Of a stretch of 63,197 nt of DNA, positions 21,248 to 28,990 are shown piece by piece. This DNA comes from Chloroflexota bacterium (GTDB lineage Bacteria > Chloroflexota > Limnocylindria > P2-11E): assembly GCA_005889275.1 (NCBI GenBank), contig VBFI01000043.1, positions 1 to 63,197 of the forward strand, read 5' to 3'. The position numbers and the translations under genes are program-made. Under the pieces are notes generated by a model that was given only the letters and a program-made list of their open reading frames with translations, was not told where the DNA came from and did not search any database. Position 1 is the first letter of the stretch, and the number at the start of each line of letters is the position of its first letter.

Positions 21248-23442
21248 CGAACGTCGCCGACCGGACCGCTTCCGTCCTCGGCGATCCGGAGTACCGGGTC
21301 GAGGGGCGGGACAAGGTCACCGGCGCCGCCCGGTACGCGGCGGACGTCGCGATGCCTGGCATGCTCCATGTCGCCTTCGTCGCGAGTCCGTACGCGCACG
21401 CGCGCATCGTCGCGATCGACGTGTCCGACGCGCGCGCGCTTCCCGGGGTGCGGGCGGTGATCACGGGCGAGGACACGAAGCCGGCACGGCTCGGTCGGCG
21501 GCTGCAGGACTGGCCGGTCCTCTGCTGGGACCGCGTCCTCTTCATCGGCGACCGCGTCGCCGCGATCGCGGCGGACAGCGCGGCGATCGCCGAGGACGCG
21601 GCGCGCCGCGTGCGTGTGGAGTACGAGGAGCTTCCCGCCGTCCTCGATGCGGACGCCGCGCGCGGTCCCCAGGCGCCGGTGCTCCATCCCGACGCGTCCT
21701 CGTACCGGTATTTCGGCGGCGACCGTCCCTCGATCCCGCATCCGAATTTGCAGGCATACGCGGTCCACCGCCACGGCGACGTCGATGCCGGCTTTCGGGC
21801 GGCGCATCGCGTCTACTCCCACACGTTCACGGTGCCGCGGACGCATCAGGCGTACATCGAGCCCCGCGCCGCCCTCGTTTGGCTCGACGGCGAAGTGCTG
21901 CACGTCGTCACCACCAACAAGGCGCCGTTCGCGCTGCGCCAGCAGATGGCCGCCTCGCTTGGGATCGCCGAAGCGAACATCGTGGTGGACGCCGGACACA
22001 TCGGCGGCGATTTCGGCGGGAAGGGGCTCTCGCTCGACGAGTTCGCCCTCGCCTACCTCGCGCGCGCGAGCGGCCGCCCGGTTCGTTCGGTCACCCGCTA
22101 CGCCGACGACATGCAGGCCACGAACACGCGTCACGCCGCCACGATCGCGCTGACCACTGCGGTCGACGCCGACGGTCGGATCCTCGCCCACACCTCGCGA
22201 GTCGTGTTCGACGGCGGCGCGTACGCGGCGGGAAAGCCGGTCGCGACGCTCCTGCCGGGCGACGCGATGCTCACGCTCGCCGGGTACCGGGTCCCGGCGG
22301 CCTCGGTCGAGGCGATGAGCGTGTATACGAACCAGGTGCCGGCGGGCCACTCGCGCGCGCCGGGCCAGCCGCAGAACGCGTTCGCCGCGGAGTCGCACAT
22401 CGATCTCGTCGCGCGGTCGCTCGGCATCGATCCGCTGGTCATGCGCGAGCGCAACGTGGTACGGCCGGGCGACATCGATATCACCGGCGCGCCCTGGCAT
22501 GGCACCGACGGCGCGGAGGTGCTCGCGCGACTCCGGACCGCCGCTCACTACGCCGAGGCGCGAACGACCCCGCACAGCCTCGGCGCGCCCGCCATCGGCT
22601 CCGGCGTCGCGCTCGGCGTTCGGCACGTCGGACGGGGACGCGCGTCGATGGTGCTGCGCCTCAGTCGAGGCCGCGTGGAGCTTCGCACCGGCGTGGCCGA
22701 CCAGGGGGGCGGCGCCTACACGCTCTTCCAGCGCATCGTCGCGACCGAGCTCGGGATCCCGCTCGGTCGCGTCACCGTGACGCGCGGCGCGACGGACGCG
22801 GTGCCGAACGATCCGGGCGTGGGAGGAAGTCGGGTGACGCCGGTGCAGGGCGGCGCCGCCCTGGACGCGGCCCGCAAGCTCCGGGTCAGGCTCGCCGAGC
22901 TCGGCCGCGCTCTGGCCGACGCGGGCGATCTCGAGGTGATCGGCGAGGCGTCGCAGGAGACCCACGACGCCTCGATGTACGCCTACGCGCTGCGCGTCCT
23001 CGTGGACGTGGAGACCGGCTCCACGAAGGTCGAGCACGCGACCCTCGTCGCGGACGTGGGGACGGTCATCAACCCGGTTGCCCTGCGCGGGCAGCTCGAG
23101 GGTGGCTTCGTGTTCGGCCTCGGGCAGGCGCTCATGGAGGAGCTGCGCCTCGAGGACGGCCGCGTCACGAACCCGAGCTTCGCGGATTACAAGATCCCCA
23201 CGATCGCCGATGTCCCGCCGCTTCAGGTCGAGCTCATCACGGGCGACCCCGGGCCGGGGCCCTTCGGGGCGAAGTCCGTCGGCGAGCTCGCGAATCCGGC
23301 CGTCGGCGCGGCGGTCGCGAACGCGGTCCAAGACGCCGTCGGCGTCCGCGTGTGGAGCTTGCCGATCACGGCCGAGAAGATCTGGGCGGAGCTCACCCGA
23401 CCCGACGAAGTGCGCGAGGTCGCCGGCTCGGCCGAGGATTGA
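21244..23442 (+). CDS. Molybdopterin-binding large subunit of a xanthine-dehydrogenase-family hydroxylase (CoxL-like, not CO dehydrogenase)
   Basis: GTGA overlap. RVEGRDKVTGAARYAAD N-terminus, GGDFGGKG and AGHSRAPGQPQ motifs. I saw no AYxCSFR CODH signature. Confidence 0.85.
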   Translation: MTNVADRTASVLGDPEYRVEGRDKVTGAARYAADVAMPGMLHVAFVASPYAHARIVAIDVSDARALPGVRAVITGEDTKPARLGRRLQDWPVLCWDRVLFIGDRVAAIAADSAAIAEDAARRVRVEYEELPAVLDADAARGPQAPVLHPDASSYRYFGGDRPSIPHPNLQAYAVHRHGDVDAGFRAAHRVYSHTFTVPRTHQAYIEPRAALVWLDGEVLHVVTTNKAPFALRQQMAASLGIAEANIVVDAGHIGGDFGGKGLSLDEFALAYLARASGRPVRSVTRYADDMQATNTRHAATIALTTAVDADGRILAHTSRVVFDGGAYAAGKPVATLLPGDAMLTLAGYRVPAASVEAMSVYTNQVPAGHSRAPGQPQNAFAAESHIDLVARSLGIDPLVMRERNVVRPGDIDITGAPWHGTDGAEVLARLRTAAHYAEARTTPHSLGAPAIGSGVALGVRHVGRGRASMVLRLSRGRVELRTGVADQGGGAYTLFQRIVATELGIPLGRVTVTRGATDAVPNDPGVGGSRVTPVQGGAALDAARKLRVRLAELGRALADAGDLEVIGEASQETHDASMYAYALRVLVDVETGSTKVEHATLVADVGTVINPVALRGQLEGGFVFGLGQALMEELRLEDGRVTNPSFADYKIPTIADVPPLQVELITGDPGPGPFGAKSVGELANPAVGAAVANAVQDAVGVRVWSLPITAEKIWAELTRPDEVREVAGSAED

Positions 23443-23449
23443 CCCCGGC

Positions 23450-24244
23450 ATGAGCGTCTCGTGCGATCGCGTGACCATCCGCTTCCGAGCGAGCGTGGAA
23501 GCGGTGAGCGACGTCTCGCTCGACGTCGCTCGCGGCGAGTTCGTCGCGATCGTCGGGCCGAGCGGATGCGGGAAATCGACGCTGCTCAACGCGATCGCCG
23601 ATCTCCTCGATCCGGCGATCTGCGAGGTGACCGGCCGGATCGAGATCGACGGCGCCGGTCGTCGGGAGCGGACGCGCCGCGACGCGAACCTCGGCTACGT
23701 GTTCCAGCGGGACGCCCTGCTGCCGTGGCAGACGCTCCTCGAGAACACCCAGCTCGGCCTGGCGATCCGGGGCATCGGGAAGGAGCGCCGCCTCGCGCGC
23801 GCACGTGAGCTCATCGCGATGGCCGGGCTCGCCGGGTTCGAGCACTACTACCCGCACCAGGTCTCAGGCGGGATGCGGCAGCGTGCATCGCTCGTCCGGA
23901 CGCTCGCCTACGAACCGCAGACGATCCTCATGGACGAGCCGTTCGGCGCGCTCGACGCGCAGAACCGCATGGTGCTCCAGGCGGAGCTCCTCAAGATCTG
24001 GCAGGAGACGCCGCGCACGATCCTCTTCGTCACGCACGACCTCGCCGAGGCGATCGTGCTCGCGCAGCGCGTCATCGTCATGTCGCGGCGGCCCGGGCGG
24101 GTGAAAGCGGTCCACGCGATCGACCTGCCCTACCCGCGCGACGCCTTCGCGCTCCGCGGCTCGGCGGAGTTCGCCCGGCTCGAGACCACCATCTGGCAGG
24201 CGCTTCGCGACGAGTTCCGGCTCGCGACCGAAACGAACGCGTGA
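23450..24244 (+). CDS. ABC transporter ATP-binding protein (NitT/TauT family)
   Basis: Walker A GPSGCGKST, signature VSGGMRQR, Walker B ILMDEPFGALD. Confidence 0.9.
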   Translation: MSVSCDRVTIRFRASVEAVSDVSLDVARGEFVAIVGPSGCGKSTLLNAIADLLDPAICEVTGRIEIDGAGRRERTRRDANLGYVFQRDALLPWQTLLENTQLGLAIRGIGKERRLARARELIAMAGLAGFEHYYPHQVSGGMRQRASLVRTLAYEPQTILMDEPFGALDAQNRMVLQAELLKIWQETPRTILFVTHDLAEAIVLAQRVIVMSRRPGRVKAVHAIDLPYPRDAFALRGSAEFARLETTIWQALRDEFRLATETNA

Positions 24245-25029
24245 GCCGCACCTGGTCGCTCGCCCTTCGCCGCACGGCGCTCATCGTCGCGATCTTCGTG
24301 CTGTGGGAGGCGGTGACCGGGGGGTTCGGCCTGGGGATCGTCCTCGTGAGCCCGGCGATCCTCGCACGCCCATCGAGCGCACTCGGCGAGCTGGGCCCCT
24401 ACGCGCAGTCGGGCCTGCTCTGGCGGGACCTCTCGACGACCCTCACCGAAGCGATGGTCGGGCTCGTGCTCGGCATCATCGGCGGCGCGGCGCTCGGCCT
24501 GGGTCTCGCGTACCTCCGCGGCACCTCGGAGGTCGTCGAGCCCGTGCTCGTTTCGCTCAACTCGCTGCCGAGGATCGCGGTCGCGCCGATCCTCCTGCCG
24601 CTCTTCGGGCTCGGGATCGCGTCGAAGATCGCGCTCAGCTTCTTCACGGTGTTCTTCGTCGTCTTCTTCAACACGTATCTCGGCATCCGCTCGGTCGATC
24701 CGGAGCTGGTCAAGGCGGTGCAGGTGATGGGCGGGAGCCGCGCGCACCTCGCCCGCTTCGTCGTGCTCCCGTCGGTGTTCAGCTGGATCTTCGCGGCCCT
24801 TCGGACGAGCGTGAGCTTCGCGCTCACCGGTGCGGTGGTCGGCGAGTTCGTCGGGGCCTCGGCCGGCCTCGGCTACCGGCTCAACATCGCGGCGGGCCTT
24901 CTCGATACCAAGCGCGTCTATCTCATACTCCTCATCCTCATGGTCTTCGCGGTCACGCTGGTGGAGATCGCCAAGCGGGTGGAGGCGAGACTGCTGCGCT
25001 GGCGCCCCTCCGCGACGCTCGGCACGTAG
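24241..25029 (+). CDS. ABC transporter permease (NitT/TauT family)
   Basis: GTGA overlap. Six hydrophobic segments. EAA-like loop (RSVDPELVKAVQVMGGSRAHLARFVVLP). Confidence 0.85.
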   Translation: MSRTWSLALRRTALIVAIFVLWEAVTGGFGLGIVLVSPAILARPSSALGELGPYAQSGLLWRDLSTTLTEAMVGLVLGIIGGAALGLGLAYLRGTSEVVEPVLVSLNSLPRIAVAPILLPLFGLGIASKIALSFFTVFFVVFFNTYLGIRSVDPELVKAVQVMGGSRAHLARFVVLPSVFSWIFAALRTSVSFALTGAVVGEFVGASAGLGYRLNIAAGLLDTKRVYLILLILMVFAVTLVEIAKRVEARLLRWRPSATLGT

Positions 25030-25040
25030 GGGGGAACCAC

Positions 25041-26114
25041 ATGCGACGCGCATCCGGACCGCTCCTGGGCATCGCGATGGTGCTGGCCGCGTGCGGACAG
25101 GCGGCGCCGGCGGCAAGCTCGGCGCCGTCCGCCTCGGGATCCCAGGCCGCGGCCACGCCGAAGCCGCCGGCCGACAAGGTGACGCTCACCGGCATCAACT
25201 CGACGGAGCTCAATCTGCCCACGCTCGTGGCCATCGCCAAGGGCTACTTCGCCGAGGAGAACATCGAGCTCGCGGAGTTCGTCATCGGGTCGAGCGGCAC
25301 GCTGCGGCAGGGGATGATCGCCAAGCAGTACGACTTCGGTCTCTATGCCTTCGTGCACGTCCCGATCGCGCGGCTGGCCGGTTCGCCGTTCAAGATGGTC
25401 GTGCAGGTGCACGACCAGGAGATCTTCGGCCTCATCGCGCGGACCGCCCTCAAGGATCAGGTAAAGGCCGTCAAGGACCTCAAAGGAAAGAAGATCGGCT
25501 TCACCACACCGGGCTCGGGCACGTGGGCGCTCGCGAACGTCTACCTGAGGAAGGCGGGTCTCGATCCCGACAAGGACGTCGAGCTCGTCTCGCTCGGCGG
25601 CGACAACGCCGTCTTCTATACGGCGCTGCAGTCCGGCCGCGTCGACGCGATCGCGTCGTTCGAGCCGATCGGGACGAAGGTGATCGCCGACAACGTCGGG
25701 TACTACGTCCTCGACGCCTACGCAGCCGGGACCGCGAAGGAGCAGCTCGGCTCCGAGAAGGCCGACGCGCTCGGCCTGGTCACCCGCGAGGACGTCATCG
25801 CGGCGAAGCCCGATCTCGTGAAGCGGATGGTGAACGTGCAGAAGAAAGGCCTCGACTTCATCCGCGCGAACACCCCGAGCGCGATCGCCGGTCTCATCAT
25901 GGGCAACACGCAGGCGGCGCAGCAGTTCCAGGGCTACGACACGGCGCTCGTCGCGAGGGTCATCGAGCACGTCAAGGGCGGGTTCGGCACCGGATGCGTG
26001 AGCAAGTCGGGATTCGACTCCGAGATGAAGATCGCGCTCGACTACAAGCTCGTGAGCGGCCCGATCACCTTCGAGCAGTTCGCCGACACCTCGTTCGCCG
26101 GGAGCTGCCCCTAG
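25041..26114 (+). CDS. ABC substrate-binding lipoprotein, NMT1/SsuA-like (SBP-1, divergent paralog)
   Basis: Lipobox VLAAC. DLKGKKIGFTTPGSG motif typical of NitT/TauT SBPs. Confidence 0.8.
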   Translation: MRRASGPLLGIAMVLAACGQAAPAASSAPSASGSQAAATPKPPADKVTLTGINSTELNLPTLVAIAKGYFAEENIELAEFVIGSSGTLRQGMIAKQYDFGLYAFVHVPIARLAGSPFKMVVQVHDQEIFGLIARTALKDQVKAVKDLKGKKIGFTTPGSGTWALANVYLRKAGLDPDKDVELVSLGGDNAVFYTALQSGRVDAIASFEPIGTKVIADNVGYYVLDAYAAGTAKEQLGSEKADALGLVTREDVIAAKPDLVKRMVNVQKKGLDFIRANTPSAIAGLIMGNTQAAQQFQGYDTALVARVIEHVKGGFGTGCVSKSGFDSEMKIALDYKLVSGPITFEQFADTSFAGSCP

Positions 26115-26117
26115 GGG

Positions 26118-27908
26118 CTACCGCGGGACGATCCGGACGTCGATGAGGGCCGGGCCGCCTTCGTCGACAGCCGCGACGGCCTGGCGCATCGCGCCGGCGA
26201 GCGCCGCCGGCTCGCTCACCGGACCGATGCCGGTGACGCCGAGATCGCGCGCGAGTCTCGCGAAGTCCACGGCCGGGGTGTCCATCCGCTGGCCGACCCA
26301 GCGATTCTCCACCGGCCGGAGGCGCGCGCGAGCGACCCGCTCCTGGTGCTCCTCGTCGTTGAAATAGCTCTGGTTGTTCGCGATCACGAACAGGATCGGG
26401 ATCGCGTGGTGCGCCGCCGTCCAGAGGGCGGTCGGAGCGGCGAGGAGCTCGCCGTCGCCGATGACCGCGACCACGGTGCGGCCGCTGCCGCGCGCCGCCA
26501 GGGCCGCCCCGACCGCGATCCCCGGGCACGAGCCGACTCCGGCGCCGCCGTCGTGGCCAAGGTGAGCATGCGGGCGAGTGAACTCCCACGCGGTCGTCGG
26601 CCAGGGACCGAGCGGCGCCTGCGCCACGATCGCGTCGTCCGCCCGCCGTCCGAGCGCGGCGCGCAGCTCGCCGAGCGCGCGCGCGAGGTGGACCGGGGAG
26701 CTGTCGCGCCGCGCGTCGTTCTCGGCGGTCCAGGCCGCGCGGCGTTCGCGCGAGCGCCGGCCGACGACCTTCGCGCGGTCTTCGGCCCTCCGGCGCGCGT
26801 TCGGCGCATCCGCGAGCAGCCGCTCCACGGCGGAGCGCAGGGCCGCGATCGTCGGATCGGCGCTCGCGGTGATCGCGATCTCAGCGAGAACGACCTCCTG
26901 GTAGTCGGCCGACCAGGAGCGCGTCGCGTAGGACTCGAGCGAGACGTTCACCAGGTGGACCGGTCGGCCCGCCCGCGACCGAAGCGCCCCCGCGACATCG
27001 AGACGGTCCACGGCGAGGATCACGTCGGCGTCACCGATCTCCGCCACCGCCGCGTCGTGTGACTGCGAGCGCCACATGCCCTGGTGGAGCGGGTGGTCCG
27101 TCGGAAACGAGGTCGGGCCGGAGCGGTCGGTGGTGACCGCGGCGCCGACGAGCTCCGCGAGCGCGACCGTGTCCGCCCACGCGGCGTCGCTCGCGCTCGT
27201 GCGCCCGAGCAGCAGCAGCGGGCGCTCGGCCTCGACGAGGAGCCTCGCCGCGCGATCGACCGCGTCAGGGTCCGGCGCCGGCGCGGTCGCCGGCACGACG
27301 TTCGTCAGATCGGGGATGGCGATGGGCGCCGCGAGGCGCTCCTCCTGCAGTCCCTGGTCGAGACAGACGTAGACGGGTCCGCGGGGCTCGAGGTGCGCGA
27401 GCTGCCATGCCCGCAGAAGGGAGCCGGGCATCGCCGCCACGCTCGCGGGCTGATCCTCCCACTTCGTGAAGTCGCGAACGAGCTCGCCCTGCGCGTGCGC
27501 GGTGTGGATCCAGTCGATCCAGGGCCGCCGCGCGGTCGCGTCCATCGGTCCGGTCCCACCGAGAACGAGGACCGGGACCCGGTCGCACCACGCGCAGAAG
27601 ATGGTCATCGTCGCGTGCATGAGCCCGACCGTGCTGTGGACCGCCGCGGCCATCGCGCGCCCGGTGAGCTTCGCGTAGCCGTGGGCGACGGCCACCGCGA
27701 CCTCTTCGTGGTTGCAGAGGACGAGCGACGGGCCGTCGTTGGAGAGGTAGTTGACGATGCTGTCGTGCAACCCGCGAAACGACGCCCCCGGCATGAGCGC
27801 GATGTACGGGACGCGAAGCCGCCGCAGCATCTCGGCCGCGACGTCCGACCCCCACTCCGGAGAGGCCGGACGCGCGGAGACGATCGTCGGGACGTCGCGG
27901 AGGCTCAT
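26118..27908 (-). CDS. Thiamine-diphosphate-dependent enzyme (acetolactate synthase / benzoylformate decarboxylase / Xsc superfamily), copy 1
   Basis: N-terminal Pyr domain (HEEVAVAVAHGYAK), C-terminal ThDP box IGDGELL...NNQSY. Confidence 0.8.
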   Translation of the reverse strand: MSLRDVPTIVSARPASPEWGSDVAAEMLRRLRVPYIALMPGASFRGLHDSIVNYLSNDGPSLVLCNHEEVAVAVAHGYAKLTGRAMAAAVHSTVGLMHATMTIFCAWCDRVPVLVLGGTGPMDATARRPWIDWIHTAHAQGELVRDFTKWEDQPASVAAMPGSLLRAWQLAHLEPRGPVYVCLDQGLQEERLAAPIAIPDLTNVVPATAPAPDPDAVDRAARLLVEAERPLLLLGRTSASDAAWADTVALAELVGAAVTTDRSGPTSFPTDHPLHQGMWRSQSHDAAVAEIGDADVILAVDRLDVAGALRSRAGRPVHLVNVSLESYATRSWSADYQEVVLAEIAITASADPTIAALRSAVERLLADAPNARRRAEDRAKVVGRRSRERRAAWTAENDARRDSSPVHLARALGELRAALGRRADDAIVAQAPLGPWPTTAWEFTRPHAHLGHDGGAGVGSCPGIAVGAALAARGSGRTVVAVIGDGELLAAPTALWTAAHHAIPILFVIANNQSYFNDEEHQERVARARLRPVENRWVGQRMDTPAVDFARLARDLGVTGIGPVSEPAALAGAMRQAVAAVDEGGPALIDVRIVPR

Positions 27909-27947
27909 CGCAGCCGCGACTCTATGGGAGGCGCGCCCGCGGCGCCG

Positions 27948-28982
27948 TTACCGCTTGTCGACGCCCCGGTCCGCTGCGCTCTTCACGAATGACTCGTCGA
28001 TCATCGTCTTGACGTCGACCGACTTCACCGCCGCGTTCGACGCGGCGAGCGTCTCCTGCGCGGCCGCGAAGAGCTCCGCCTTCGGGTAGGGCAGCGCCGC
28101 GAGCGCCTCGGCGAGGTAGAAGTCGACCGCCTCCTCGAAGCCCTTCTGTGTCGGCGGCGCGTTGAAGTACTTGCGCATGATCGTGACGGTCTGCGGCTTG
28201 TTCTTCCTCATCCAGGCGTTCGCCTCGACGATCGAGTCGATGAACCGCTGCATCACCTCCTTCTTCGCTGAGACGAACGAGCTCTGCACCACGATGCCCG
28301 TCTGCGCCGTGGCGAGCTTCTGGCCCGCGAGGTCGTAGATGCTGTGGAAGCCCTTGTCGATGAGCTCCGCGGTGTTCGGCGGATCGTCGACGGCCGCCTG
28401 GATCGAGCCCGCGAACAGCGCGGCAGTTCGCTGCGCGTGGGAGCTCAGCGGGATGAGCGTGACGTCCTTGTCCGGGTCGAGTCCGAGCGCCTTCAACGCC
28501 TTGCGCGTCGCGATGTCGGACGAGCCGCCGGGATTCGAGATGCCGATCTTCTTGCCTTTGAGATCCTGCGCCGTCTTGATCTCGGGCGCGGCCATGAGGT
28601 GATACGGGAACACCGGCGTCAGCACGGCGGTCACGGTGATCTTTCCGCCACTTGCTGTCGCCGAGAGCGCCTCGGCGCCGCCGACGCCGATGATCTCGAC
28701 CCCGCTCGCGAGGAGCGCGGCCATCCCCTGGGCGCCGCCGTTGATCGACTGCAAGTCGACGGTCAGTCCGTTCTTCGTGAAGATCCCGGCGTCCATGGCC
28801 GTCCAGATGGGAAGGCTGTCGCCGGTGAGGTTCGTGTACGCGACCTTCACGGCGATCGGTGTCATGGGCGTCGCCGACGCGGCGGCCGATTCCGCGACCG
28901 TCGGGGTGGGTGGCGTCGTCGCACCGCCGCACGCGGCGAGGACGACGCAGGCGATCGTGACGAGGCTGATGAGCTGGCGCAT
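27948..28982 (-). CDS. ABC substrate-binding lipoprotein, NMT1/SsuA-like (SBP-2)
   Basis: ATG 28982 preceded by AGGAGGAG. Lipobox VLAAC. DLKGKKIGISNPGGSSD. Paralogous to SBP-3 and SBP-4. Confidence 0.85.
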   Translation of the reverse strand: MRQLISLVTIACVVLAACGGATTPPTPTVAESAAASATPMTPIAVKVAYTNLTGDSLPIWTAMDAGIFTKNGLTVDLQSINGGAQGMAALLASGVEIIGVGGAEALSATASGGKITVTAVLTPVFPYHLMAAPEIKTAQDLKGKKIGISNPGGSSDIATRKALKALGLDPDKDVTLIPLSSHAQRTAALFAGSIQAAVDDPPNTAELIDKGFHSIYDLAGQKLATAQTGIVVQSSFVSAKKEVMQRFIDSIVEANAWMRKNKPQTVTIMRKYFNAPPTQKGFEEAVDFYLAEALAALPYPKAELFAAAQETLAASNAAVKSVDVKTMIDESFVKSAADRGVDKR

Positions 28983-28990
28983 ATCTCCTC

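Noticed and set aside
19489-23442. CoxS/CoxM/CoxG/CoxL set interpreted as aerobic carbon-monoxide dehydrogenase
   Set aside because: I saw no CODH active-site loop (AYxCSFR or AYRGAGR) in the large subunit. The window has no coxD/E/F maturation genes. The operon context is an aryl-CoA ligase plus di-iron oxygenases. It is a generic XDH-family hydroxylase.
19489-23442. The same genes plus the ligase interpreted as canonical 4-hydroxybenzoyl-CoA reductase (HcrCAB/HbaBCD)
   Set aside because: The FAD subunit (19953-20801) has no cysteine, so it cannot carry the extra [4Fe-4S] loop characteristic of that enzyme. A related reductive or hydroxylating role on an aryl-CoA remains possible, but it is not the known enzyme.
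20446-23589. 1047-aa ORF on the minus strand, the longest in the track
   Set aside because: It lies antisense to four well-supported molybdenum-hydroxylase and ABC genes. The product is Arg/Ala/Gly/Asp-rich with no recognisable domain. This is a typical stop-codon-poor artefact of very GC-rich DNA.
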